The notes under the pieces are model-generated. The model was not told where the DNA came from and searched no databases. It saw only the letters and a program-made list of their open reading frames with translations. A stretch of 63,647 nucleotides of DNA, counting the filler, from Octopus bimaculoides (Eukaryota), in assembly GCF_001194135.2 (NCBI RefSeq). It is 5 parts of 5 records of this genome, joined end to end, with 100 filler letters (N's around TTAATTAATTAA, not from the genome) between each part and the next. Parts side by side here need not be neighbours in the genome. Positions count along the whole stretch, not along the records: positions 1 to 29,492 come from NC_068986.1; 4 more parts are not named here. One strand, given 5' to 3'. The translations under genes were made by a program, and so were the position numbers. Shown piece after piece: positions 12,489 to 24,748 of this stretch (within the stretch, counting starts at the first letter, position 1; each line of letters begins with the position of its first letter).

Positions 12489-13782
12489 TATATTGAGTAA
12501 ATAGTAAGCAACGTTTTGAACCATGAAGAATTTGTACCAGATTTTTGCAGAGTTTTGAATCTTTTTTAGACATTTTTTTTGCAATTGTCTAATAATACAG
12601 ACATAGACTTTCCCAAATGCTTCAATAAATGAACGTTGATATTTTTTCCACCATTGTTACAATCATCTGAAATGGAACTGTTAAAGCATGATATTCAAGC
12701 AATTTTGCTATTCAACTTTAAAAAAAGGACATAAAGCAGCTGAAACTGCTCATGATATCAACTAAATGTTTGTTGAGGAAGTGAACAGTGAGTGGTCAGC
12801 TCGAAAATGGTTTAAACAATTTCGTAGTGGAGACCTTGAGGATCATGAGAATAGTGGATACCTATCTGTCACCGATGATGGTCAATTAAAGACTGTCATT
12901 GAGAAAGATCCACATAAAACCACTTGAGAACTGGCAAAAGAACTTCAAGTTAGCCAGAAAACTGCCTGCAACCATTTGCATGTGATCAGAAAATAAAAAA
13001 AAGCTCGACAAATGGGTAACGCGATTGGAATGAAAATCAGAAAATGCGCGGATATGAAATTTGCTCATCACTTCTCCATAACCAGACCAATCCATTTCTC
13101 AACCGTATTGTAACTTGCGATGAAAAGTGGATTCTGTACACTAATAAAAAAATGTCCTCCACAGTGGTTTGACCAAAATGAAGCACCAAAAACCTTCCCT
13201 AAACCTGAGCTCTTGGAAAAGAAGGTTATGGTGACTGTTTGGTGGTGTACTGCTAGACTCATCCCCTATAACTTCTTAAAACCCAGAAAACCATTACTGC
13301 TGAAACATATTGCCTGAAAATGCCAAAATGAATGAAAAACTACTACTCCTCCATCCCAGACTGGTCAACAGAAAATGGCCAATCATTTTTCATGACAATA
13401 TCCAATCACATGTTTCACTAATGATGCACCAGAAGTTGAGGGAAATTGGCTATGAAGTTCTTCCCCACCCAGCTTCTTCCCTTGACCATTCTCCTACTGA
13501 CTGCCACTTTGATGGCTTTCTCTTACCGACTGCCATCTTGATGGCTTCCTGTGAGAGAAGGAGTTAAAAAATCAAACCAATGCTGAACGTGCATTCAGAG
13601 AGTTCATCAGCTCCAAAACTCCCGATTTGTATGTTACCAGAATAAACAAACTTGTTACTTGTTGGCAAAAATGTGTTGATTGTAATGATACTGACTTTGA
13701 CAAATAAAATTTCCACATTGTTGAAATATATTGTGATGAATTTCATGTTTCAAAACATTGCTTACTTTTTACTCAGCCTGAT

Positions 13783-13784
<2 letters not shown>
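12489..13784 (+). mobile_element. Full-length decayed mariner (Hsmar1/SETMAR-like) transposon
   Basis: TIRs TGAGTAAATAGTAAGCAACGTTTTGAA and TTCAAAACATTGCTTACTTTTTACTCA with TA flanks. Peptides KKGHKAAETAHDIN, RIVTCDEKWILY, KKVMVTVWW and SLDHSPTDCH; many stops and frameshifts. Confidence 0.93.
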
Positions 13785-13825
<41 letters not shown>

Positions 13826-14672
13826 NNNNNNNNNNNNNNNNNNNNNNNNNNNNNNNNNNNNNNNNNNNNNNNNNNNNNNNNNNNNNNNNNNNNNNNNNNN
13901 NNNNNNNNNNNNNNNNNNNNNNNNNNNNNNNNNNNNNNNNNNNNNNNNNNNNNNNNNNNNNNNNNNNNNNNNNNNNNNNNNNNNNNNNNNNNNNNNNNNN
14001 NNNNNNNNNNNNNNNNNNNNNNNNNNNNNNNNNNNNNNNNNNNNNNNNNNNNNNNNNNNNNNNNNNNNNNNNNNNNNNNNNNNNNNNNNNNNNNNNNNNN
14101 NNNNNNNNNNNNNNNNNNNNNNNNNNNNNNNNNNNNNNNNNNNNNNNNNNNNNNNNNNNNNNNNNNNNNNNNNNNNNNNNNNNNNNNNNNNNNNNNNNNN
14201 NNNNNNNNNNNNNNNNNNNNNNNNNNNNNNNNNNNNNNNNNNNNNNNNNNNNNNNNNNNNNNNNNNNNNNNNNNNNNNNNNNNNNNNNNNNNNNNNNNNN
14301 NNNNNNNNNNNNNNNNNNNNNNNNNNNNNNNNNNNNNNNNNNNNNNNNNNNNNNNNNNNNNNNNNNNNNNNNNNNNNNNNNNNNNNNNNNNNNNNNNNNN
14401 NNNNNNNNNNNNNNNNNNNNNNNNNNNNNNNNNNNNNNNNNNNNNNNNNNNNNNNNNNNNNNNNNNNNNNNNNNNNNNNNNNNNNNNNNNNNNNNNNNNN
14501 NNNNNNNNNNNNNNNNNNNNNNNNNNNNNNNNNNNNNNNNNNNNNNNNNNNNNNNNNNNNNNNNNNNNNNNNNNNNNNNNNNNNNNNNNNNNNNNNNNNN
14601 NNNNNNNNNNNNNNNNNNNNNNNNNNNNNNNNNNNNNNNNNNNNNNNNNNNNNNNNNNNNNNNNNNNNNNNN

Positions 14673-14713
<41 letters not shown>

Positions 14714-16127
14714 CAAATAGTAAATGAGTATATGCATATATACGTACAGGTATGTGCATACCGACATCCACCTGTATGTATAAGTGCATATCTGGGTACA
14801 GGACATTGCAAACAAACGTAGACGAGAACACACGAGCCACATAGAGAACATTCTCTTTCATCAGCCACCCACGTTTTAACACCGGCGTTTCGACGAGCTT
14901 GGGCAGGACGCATCGCTAAAACGGCTCGTCCCATGGATCGCAGATTAAATTTGTATACGCAAATTAAATCTAGCCATGGAGGAATGTAGTGGCGGACAAA
15001 AAACAAGACAGGAATATATATATATGAATATCTATCTGTCTATCTATCTATCTATCTATTCTGCCTGGCTAACTGCCCCACCCATGCCACCATAGAAAGT
15101 GGACATTAAACAATGATGATAATGATGATGATGATGCTGATGATGTATGTATGTATTGGAAAATGAACTTCTCAACCATACAGCCATAAAATGGGTTTCC
15201 ACACAGTTTCTGGTTACCAAATTTGCTTACAAGCATTGGTCAGTTGAGGGTTTAGTAAAAGGCATATACATATCTATGTGCGCATGCATGTGTGTGTGTA
15301 TGTGAGTGTGTGTGTGTGTGTTTTCTGAAGTATATGTTTACATATGTTTATTTGAAAGCACTCACACACACATATGTATGACAATGCATGTATGCGGCAG
15401 TAAATGTGTATGTTTCAGTAAAAGAAGAAAGATATTTCATATGCGTATATTACATCTATTATTCATTCATTTGATGTCAAAGATAAAAGAAACTCAGAGA
15501 CAAGTTTCGGCCATGTTTTAATGTACATAGAGTAAAGTCAACAACAGTCTGAAATATTTCTGTAAAGATTATAATCTCAAATTGCATTGCTTTGTAATAT
15601 CATGTGGGTCAGGTGACAGCCCCTTGGTTTAGAGGTTATAAGATCATGTAGCAACCCAAACATTGTACTCTGTTGATAAGACAAAAAATCTTTTTGTTTG
15701 CTTTTCAAAGATGTAGAGAAATCTACCATGACAAACAAATGAACCAAATAGGAATTAGATAAAGGTTTCTATTATTAAAAATAATTGTTGTGGGGGACAG
15801 TATTTGTACATTTCCAGCTTAGTCCTGATTTGGCAGTCCTATAAACAAAGACGTTCCAATTGTAACTATTCCATCTTTTCAGATGTAGCATATTTCAGAA
15901 TTTCAGAATACACAATATTCAATATGTTCTGCCTTGTTTTTCTTGCAAGTGGTAGTGATTGACTTGAGAAAGGTTCGGCAGTTATTTGTAGCAAGTTGAG
16001 TGATCATGTTAAGCAGAGGTTTTCAACATGGGTTGCACCACCCCAAAAGGACATTGGACATATATAAGGGAGTGTTAGGCTTAAAGGGGGAACAGTGATG
16101 GGGGTGGTGAAGTAACATAATTAACGT

Positions 16128-16159
16128 ATAGGTGCAGGAGTGTCTGTGTGGCAAGTAGC
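16128..16159 (+). mobile_element. 5' head of a SINE family A copy, interrupted by the LINE below
   Basis: ATAGGTGCAGGAGTGTCTGTGTGGCAAGTAGC matches the heads at 8901 and 62722; homology stops abruptly at 16159. Confidence 0.75.
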
Positions 16160-17911
16160 AAGCAGACGCGTTTGTTTTTTGCTCCTGTTGAAGCGTCGCT
16201 GAATGCCAGCGTCGTGAATTTTTGACGTACAACTGCAGGTAGTACTTTTGTGTTTTTTTGGATTTAGTGGGGGTTTGTTGCTCGTGTTTGTTTGTATTTG
16301 TGTCGAACAAGAAATCTCCACTGAATTCCACGCATTTGTCTTCCTGTGGTTGTGCTTAATGTCTCACTTAGCGGTGAGAAGAGTGTTTTGGAGGTATCAC
16401 TACTCCGAAAATTGTGAACTTAGTTTGTGAAGGTTTGTTGTCTTCAGGTTGTAATTTGAGGGCTACAGATGAATATTGTGAACTTTGTTTAAAAAAGAAA
16501 TGGCATTTATTGTTTTCAAACCTAGTTTTGAAAGCTAATAAATTTGAAGAAAAGTCTTCCTCTTGCTTTGAACTACACCACGTGGAACTATGCAAAGGAT
16601 TTAATTCTTACAAGCAAAGTGACGACTGCAGCAGAGCCGGGATCAAATCGGGCCGGAGTACCGTTGTGGCCTGAAAATTTGTTATTCTACCTGGAACTTT
16701 ATATTTTATTTATTCTTCCTGAACTTTTGTATTTCCTTTCTCCTTCTTTTATGAACTGTTTTTAGTACGAACTGTTAATTTTAATTCTTCCGCTTTTTTT
16801 TTAACTGTTTTCTCTTTTTGCCTGTGTTTTTAAATTTTTAGTTGTTTAATCTTATGTGGACATTTTTCGCATGGCAGAGAATATAAAGAAAACTAAAGCC
16901 GCTGCTGTGGAGTGGGAGATTATCCCACCCAAGAAGTGGTTAAATGATTTCAGGGAAAGAACGGTGGTGTTGCGGACCTATTCTAGGTTACTCGATACCA
17001 TTACGGTCTTTCCCAAAATTGAAATTGAAAAAGAGTTAGCAGAATATCTGCCAACTATTAAGTTTATGGCAAGGGGTGTAAAGTACGCGACGGTTTGGTT
17101 GCTATTTGACACCCCTGAGGTGGCTCGCAAGTTTGCGAGCCAGCCCTTAGAAGGGCAAAAAATTCTGTTTCTTTCCACATACTGTGGGAAAAAATTAACT
17201 AGAGCTTGGATCTGTGGGCTGTCACCCGGTATAGAACCTGATTGGATAGAGGATACTATCCGACGGGGTCTGGGTGGCAGTGGAGCCAAGCTCTTAAATG
17301 TGAAAATTTTACCTACAGCTGATTGGGTTGGGTCAAAAGCGGTTTTGACTCTGTGGACCCAAACAGCCAGAGATCTGGTTCTCCCAGATTTTCTAAGGAT
17401 GGACAGGCAGAGATATCCAGTCATTGTCGAGGGACGTCCCCCGAAATGTCACCTGTGTCTGGAGCCTGGTCATATTAAGAAGGACTGCCCCCAGGATCAG
17501 AGTAAGGTCCTGAAACAGTTAATAAATGTTGTTCCCCCCGCTCTCCCAGTGAAGGGAGAGACGGAGAAAATCAAAGAGGTTTCCACCTCCTCGAAGAAAG
17601 GGAAGAAAAGAAAGAAGGTGGGCAACAATGGTTGCTCACCGAAAGTTGTGGGCGAGGAGGAGGACCTTCTGGCTAAGGCGGAAGTACGCCCTACTCCAGT
17701 GGCCCCAAAGAAAAAGAAAAAAAAGAACAAGGCACGGCCGGTGCTCGATAGTGCACCGCCGGCGTGTCCCGACACTCCGTTGGTGGGAATTGTGCCACCA
17801 ACGGAGGAAAGCAGGTCGGCGGGAATTGTGCCGCCGACAGTAGAAGCTGTGGGCTCACCCTGTGAGGAAAAGGATCAGCTAATCCTATTCCAAAAGGGAG
17901 GGGCCCTGCAG
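16160..17911 (+). mobile_element. Tx1/L1-like non-LTR retrotransposon, 5' UTR plus ORF1 (runs into gap)
   Basis: CpG-rich leader followed by an intact gag-like ORF; 3' part is hidden by Ns. Confidence 0.75.
16871..17911 (+). CDS. Retrotransposon ORF1 (gag-like) with CCHC zinc knuckle, partial
   Basis: 347 uninterrupted codons from ATG 16871. Contains VIVEGRPPKCHLCLEPGHIKKDC (CX2CX4HX4C) followed by Lys-rich and Pro-rich tracts, as in Tx1-clade ORF1. Confidence 0.85.
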
Positions 17912-18661
17912 NNNNNNNNNNNNNNNNNNNNNNNNNNNNNNNNNNNNNNNNNNNNNNNNNNNNNNNNNNNNNNNNNNNNNNNNNNNNNNNNNNNNNNNNN
18001 NNNNNNNNNNNNNNNNNNNNNNNNNNNNNNNNNNNNNNNNNNNNNNNNNNNNNNNNNNNNNNNNNNNNNNNNNNNNNNNNNNNNNNNNNNNNNNNNNNNN
18101 NNNNNNNNNNNNNNNNNNNNNNNNNNNNNNNNNNNNNNNNNNNNNNNNNNNNNNNNNNNNNNNNNNNNNNNNNNNNNNNNNNNNNNNNNNNNNNNNNNNN
18201 NNNNNNNNNNNNNNNNNNNNNNNNNNNNNNNNNNNNNNNNNNNNNNNNNNNNNNNNNNNNNNNNNNNNNNNNNNNNNNNNNNNNNNNNNNNNNNNNNNNN
18301 NNNNNNNNNNNNNNNNNNNNNNNNNNNNNNNNNNNNNNNNNNNNNNNNNNNNNNNNNNNNNNNNNNNNNNNNNNNNNNNNNNNNNNNNNNNNNNNNNNNN
18401 NNNNNNNNNNNNNNNNNNNNNNNNNNNNNNNNNNNNNNNNNNNNNNNNNNNNNNNNNNNNNNNNNNNNNNNNNNNNNNNNNNNNNNNNNNNNNNNNNNNN
18501 NNNNNNNNNNNNNNNNNNNNNNNNNNNNNNNNNNNNNNNNNNNNNNNNNNNNNNNNNNNNNNNNNNNNNNNNNNNNNNNNNNNNNNNNNNNNNNNNNNNN
18601 NNNNNNNNNNNNNNNNNNNNNNNNNNNNNNNNNNNNNNNNNNNNNNNNNNNNNNNNNNNNN

Positions 18662-18882
18662 TGTGTGTGTGTGTGTGTGTTTGTGTGTTTGTGTTTGTCC
18701 CCCCAACATCGCTTGACAACCGATGCTGGTGTGTTGACATCTCTGTAACTTAGCAGTTCGGCAAGAGACTGAAAGAATAAGTGTACTAGGCTTACAAAGA
18801 ATAAGTCCTGGGGTCGATTTGCTCAACTAAAGGCAGTGCTCCAGCATGGCCGCAGTCAAATAACTGAAACAAATAAAAGAAT
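18662..18882 (+). mobile_element. 3' half of a SINE family A copy
   Basis: GTTTGTCCCCCCAACATCGCTTGACAACCGATGCTGG...AAATAAAAGA matches the 3' half of 8901-9310. Confidence 0.85.
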
Positions 18883-18904
18883 ACTAAATTTTATTAGTAG
18901 TAAT

Positions 18905-19130
18905 TCTATTCTTTTCTATCCAAGGCACAAGGCCCGAAATTTTGGGGAAGGGGGCTAGTCAATTAGATTGACCCCAGTATGCAAATGGTACTTAATTTAT
19001 CAACCCTGAAAGGATGAAAGGCAGAAATCGACCTCGGCGGAATTTTTAACTCAGAACATAAAGACAGACGAAATACTGCTAAGCATTTTGCCTGGCGTGC
19101 TAACATTTCTGCCAGCTCACCACATTAATA
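18905..19130 (-). mobile_element. SINE family B
   Basis: Reverse complement of the family B copy at 39736. Confidence 0.85.
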
Positions 19131-20155
19131 ATAATAATTATATTGTTTAAAGGATTCAGTGTGTTTTCATGATTCCTAACTAAGCAATGAAATAAATTTG
19201 CAATAAGTCAAAGAGGAGATAGATCATATCAACCACAAGGAAGTCAGTTGAGCTAAATACTGAAACCATAGACATCATAATAATGTATTCCTGTAATTTA
19301 TGTACAGAACAAACAGACCAAACAGCACTATCAAACTATTATTCCAGATTGACTTACAGTATTAAATAAAAAGTAGGTTTACTGTCAGTTGATTAAAAAC
19401 TATGCATATATGTTTTACATGTAGAATATGTGTGTATATAAATTCATGATAATGTATGAGAATGAAATAAACAGTAATTAAGGTAGCTGGCTTCCCTCTC
19501 TGCTTTAATCCAGCAAGATGAGATTTTTTTATGGCTATTGGTGGGTTCACAGAGATGGGTTGCTAGAACTGTACTGACTGGCATTTTTAGCTAATTTTAG
19601 TCAATGTGAAATGTCAAATCAACTTGAGAAATGAAAATGAGAAATGAATTTGACTGAGAAGATGACAAATGTTCAGCAATGCCATAATAGATGAGTCTTT
19701 GGTCAACAATATATAGAATCTCTGCATCTATTCAGGCACTGGTGCTGCAAATAGCCAGTGGGCTTATTAACAAATAATTAATAGTGACAGAAGCAGTATT
19801 AATACCATAATGTAATCTCGATCTCCAACTTAATGCAAAAGTCATGTTAGAATACAAAATAAACACTGTTGACAGGAAATTTGGCTGTTATGGTACTGCT
19901 GGACATCTGTGACTGAGGAACTCATAACAGGGTGAAATCAGGTGATCTGATTGTTTTGGCAGCCGTAGCAGATGATTCTCCTCTGTTAACAATACATGAG
20001 TGCTTTTATGTGCCACAAGTCCTTACAAGAGATCTTCTCAAAGTATATAATGCCATATTCTGTGTTCTAATACAACCTCCACATTAAGTTGGAGAACAAG
20101 ATTACCTTTTGGTATTGATATTGTTCCTGTTGTTATTATCATTATTATTATTAAT

Positions 20156-20189
<34 letters not shown>

Positions 20190-20195
20190 TATACA

Positions 20196-21250
20196 CACTA
20201 ATCCATTGACTATTTCGGGTGTTACATTCCAAAAAACCCGCGATGGGTGAAAATCTGTGAAGTAGAAACAGTACTGTACTGTATATTTTTTTTAATTATT
20301 TTTATAATTTGTATGTATTTATTTTATCATTTTTTATAGATTTAAGCTTTTATAAACTCTCCCCACACTCTTAGGAGTAGCCATGTCTTCTCTTTTTTAT
20401 AGATGAGGAACATAGTGATGGGCAGTTACTGGTACTCCCTTTCCTTCTGTGTAAGGAAGTTTTTATAAATTTCCATGGCTCCATCAATTGTATTTCTGTA
20501 CTGCAACTCACAAATCATCTGGGGGTCCCAATCTTCCGCCATCCATAAACTTTGCCTGGCCTCAGATGGTGTTGGTATCCAGTGCAATGTTCTTTTTCCT
20601 GCAGTTACTGATCCAAAGGGCTAATGCAGACTCTATCCCTACAATGGCCTTATTGCAGGAAGTTACCACCCTTTTTGCTGTCTTGTTAAAAGTCACTTTT
20701 GCTGTCGCCCTTATATTTTTCGTCCTTCTTGATGTAGTGAACAGTAGATTCATTGATGCCATAATGGTGGCCAACATCAGCATACCTTCTCTCTTCCTTA
20801 TGCATGTCGAGGAATCTCACCTTCTCTAGTAAGCATCTTCCTCTGGTGCTTCGGTTCAATGCCAGAAGCCTTAGAAGCTGCAGAACATTTGGGCGACATC
20901 ATAGGGCTTGAAACAAATTCACAATTTTGCACGCAAATGTAAAACAACACCATGCACTTGCCTCCCAAGTTTTGTTTTCCATACAGTATGTGCAATTCTT
21001 TGTTTACTCATCTACAGTACATTTCTTTTAATATATTTTAATTAATGTTTTATACAATGCAGTACTGTACTGTATTTTTATTTATTAACTTATTAATTTT
21101 TAGACATGAAAATGCTTATTTTGCCACAGAAATAATTAAAATCTAAAAACTATAAATATATAAATAGCTATCATGTGCAGAGATCTGCAATATACTGAGG
21201 AGTCTGTGATATAAATTTACATATATTAGCCAGAAAAATCCACAATGTAC
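20196..21250 (-). mobile_element. Tigger/pogo-like transposon remnant
   Basis: MSPKCSAASKASGIEPKHQRKMLT, then KNIRATAKVTFNKTAKRVVTSCNKAIVGIESALALWISNCRKKNIALDTNTI (psq and CENP-B-type HTH). Degenerate Tigger-like termini; no DDE domain seen. Confidence 0.85.
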
Positions 21251-21886
21251 GAAATAGGAAATTGAAAACTCTTTGGTATTATCTATTCATCATTACACAT
21301 GTTTTACTTGCTAATGGGAGTTACAAAGTTGTACATGTTGGATAAAAATGAAGAACTCATAAGAAATTTCCTTAGGAAATTTCTTATTAGTTCTTCAAAC
21401 AGAGAATCAAATAATACTAATAACCAAATCTAACAATACTTGATTCTCTGTTTAAAGAATTTCTAATAAGAAATTTTTAAATGTTTATCCTGCATATCAA
21501 ACTTTATCATTTCAATTAGCAAACGAAACATGTATAATGGTGAATAAATACATAATAATTCTGCAAACAATATTTACAGAATTTTAGGTTAGCATGCCAA
21601 GTGAAGTGCTTAGCGGTATTTCGTCTGCTGTTACATTCTGAGTTCAAATTCCGCCGAGGTCGACTTTACCTTTCATCCTTTCAGGGTTGATTAAATAAGT
21701 ACCAGTTACGCACTGGGGTCAATGTAATCAACTTAATACCTTTGTCTGTCCCTGTTTAAATATTTACAGAATTTTCAATTCTAATATGCAACTCGCATAA
21801 ATACAGCAACTACATGCTCAATTGTAATACAAGAATAAGCAGATGTATTTTAAGAAATACTACTTGGATTTTACCCTACCTACATA

Positions 21887-21916
<30 letters not shown>

Positions 21917-21917
<1 letters not shown>

Positions 21918-22150
21918 TCATCATCATCATCATCATCGTTTAACGTCCGCTTTCCATGCTAGCATGGGTTGGACGATTTCACTGAGGACTGGTGAAACCA
22001 GATGGCTACACCAGGCCCCAATCTGATTTGGCAGAGTTTCTACAGCTGGATGCCCTTCCTAACGCCAACCACTCCGAGAGTGTAGTGGGTGCTTTTACAT
22101 GCCAGCGGCATGAAGGCCAGTCAAACAGTACTGGCAATGGCCATGTTCAT
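21917..22150 (-). mobile_element. Retroposon family C ((GAT)n-tailed), partial
   Basis: Reverse complement of 27828-28080; further copies at 52215-52470 and 54911-55010. Confidence 0.8.
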
Positions 22151-22902
22151 GGTGACAAGGACAGCATATCCCATCACTACAAAATCTTTATAAGACCATG
22201 TCAGTGGTTCATAATATTTTCATTACCAAGGGAACCTGATATTTAGATGTATTTTCCCATGGACCCCAAAGCTTTCGAAGATCCATCTACTCAGCGAATT
22301 TTGAATTTGGCTTATGGCTATTTAGTGCTTCCTTTGAGGACCCCAAGCAGAGAACTCTCTTGTTATATCTGTATGTTTGTAATGTATAATTTATTGTTTG
22401 GTATACTCCAGGGTGTCTGAATTGTTGTGAATCCCAATGGTGTATTATAAGCGAATGAATAATAACAGCCAATGGATGATTGGCAGCTCATTACAATTGT
22501 TTCTTCCACATTTTTTAATAGAAGAATGAATACATTCTTCAAAAAAACTTCATGAGTGATAAGTACACCACTTCAAACACCCTCCACCCATGTAATCATC
22601 AGATTAGGTGAGTGGGTAGAGGAAGTAAACTGGAGTTAGCTAGACTGGTTTATTTCAGAAACTGGAGACGATGTGTAGGCAATTATAGTGTAATTTATTA
22701 TACTAGGCTTTGAAAAGTGGTTAGCAGGGAACGAATGGAAGAAAGAATAAATTAATAAGTAAATGAATATATGCATAAGAAAAGCCAATTAAGTGCAGGG
22801 CTGGGGTGTATCAAGCCCTTGCTAAAGATTAAAGTTCAAAAAGAGGAGGGGAGAGACACCTACAGAATTACAGGAGATAGTGGTTGGCTTTTCTTATGCA
22901 TA

Positions 22903-23299
22903 TCCTTTTTAATTGTTTCAGTCATTTGACTGCAGCCAAGCTGGAGCACCACCTTTAATTGAGAAAATCAACCCCAGGACTTATTCTTTATAAGCCTAGT
23001 ACTTATTCTATCAGTCTCTTTTGCCGAACCACTAAGTTAAGGGGATGTAAACACACCAGCATCGGTTGTCAAGTGATGTTGGGAGGGACAAACACAGACA
23101 CACAAACACATACACACTCATACATATATATACATATACATATATACGATGGGCTTCTTTCAGTTTCCGTCAACCAAATCCACTCACAAGGCTTTGGTTG
23201 GCCCGAGGTTATAGTAGAAGACACTTGCCCAAGGTGCCACACAGTGGGACTGAACCCAGAACCATGTGGTTGGTAAGGAAGCTACTTACCACACAGCCA
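22903..23299 (-). mobile_element. SINE family A
   Basis: Reverse complement of 8901-9310. Confidence 0.85.
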
Positions 23300-23793
23300 C
23301 TTTTCCCATTCATTCCCTGCTGCCCATTTTTCTAAGCCTAGTGTAATAAATTACACTATAATTGCCTATACATCTTCTCCAGTCTCTGAAATAAACCAGT
23401 CTAGCTGATTCTGATTTATTTCCTCTGCCCCACCCCCGCCCTGGTCACTGACCATAAATATCATATTGCACCTTCTCACCTCATCCACTAACACCCATAA
23501 CAGCCAATTTTTGTTGGTTTTTCTCTCATTTCATGGTTAGCTTTGGCCGGCTTCAGGCATGTTCCCACTGTGTTCTTGGGATATCCTATTATTTTGAAAT
23601 TGTTTCCTCTGATGATTACATATTTTTGAAGTGATGTAATGTACTCATTAGAAAATGAGTAAGAAACAGCTGTAATGAGATGACATTTATCCATCGTCTG
23701 TTATTATTCATTTGCTTATATATATTTATTAGACAAAATGCGATAACAAAGCCAAGGCTGTGAGTAGTTTTCAGGACATTTATAAAAGATGTA

Positions 23794-23841
23794 GCCTTAC
23801 AGCTGTTTCTGGGATATTATGGATACCCCTTCATCAGAGAC
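23794..23841 (-). ncRNA. Type I hammerhead-ribozyme-like motif in a Penelope-like tail
   Basis: GTCT-CTGATGA-A-GGGGTAT/CCATA/ATATCCC-A-GAAA-CAGCTG-TA-AGGC. Core boxes, 7-bp stem II, palindromic stem III, GUA site and 4-bp stem I are all present; the A-A pair next to the core is non-canonical. Confidence 0.55.
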
Positions 23842-24694
23842 GATGTCAGATGTTTAAACAGTGGTAAATATTTGAGTTCAAAATAAGGAATTATTATGGA
23901 AAAGGAGGAGATAGGGAATATAGAAGGAAATAAGAGAATGGAAGTAGAAATAAAATATAAAATATATATAAAGATATTGTAGTTGTAGTTCCATTATTTA
24001 AGGAAAGTGGTGTATAGAAGTGGTAAAAAAAAGTTTCCTGTACATGGTATGTGAGTTCCAATAGTAGTTCAAGTTACAATAATAGTCATTTCAAAATATG
24101 GAGCCATGGATTCTGTGTTGCTCATTCGGAGGGGTCTTGGGGTGTGAATGAAAATTTGAGAATGTATACATGGGGTGAGAGGTATACATATTACATTAGA
24201 TCTTCTACATGGGTTTGTAGAGGGTAGATGGACCCAGGACTACAGTTACAAGCTGCACTTTAATTTTACTACTCACTTTGGTATCACCCCACCCATACCT
24301 TTTCTCTACTCATCCCTTAATGCAACTCTGTCACATATCCTACTCACATATCTCACACTTATTCACTCCTTACCTTCTCATCTCTTCATATCCCTCCCCC
24401 ACTCCTCTCTTTTTCTTTTTCTTTTTCTCTCTTCCACTCATTTTCTCTTCTTGCTTTCATTTTGACCTATCTCCTCATTCTATATACAATGCACATAACA
24501 CCAATGCATGTGCGTGAATTGTATGAGTGTGTATAAATGTATGTTATGTGTATAATCATCTATAATGTATGTTTGTATATAAATATATGCTCATTTATAC
24601 AGTTGTATGTAAAGTGTATATGTGTATATCAATATGCACACACACATTTATACGTATGTTAGTACATACATACATATATACATACATACATACA

Positions 24695-24725
<31 letters not shown>

Positions 24726-24748
24726 GTATGTATGTATACATATTACAT

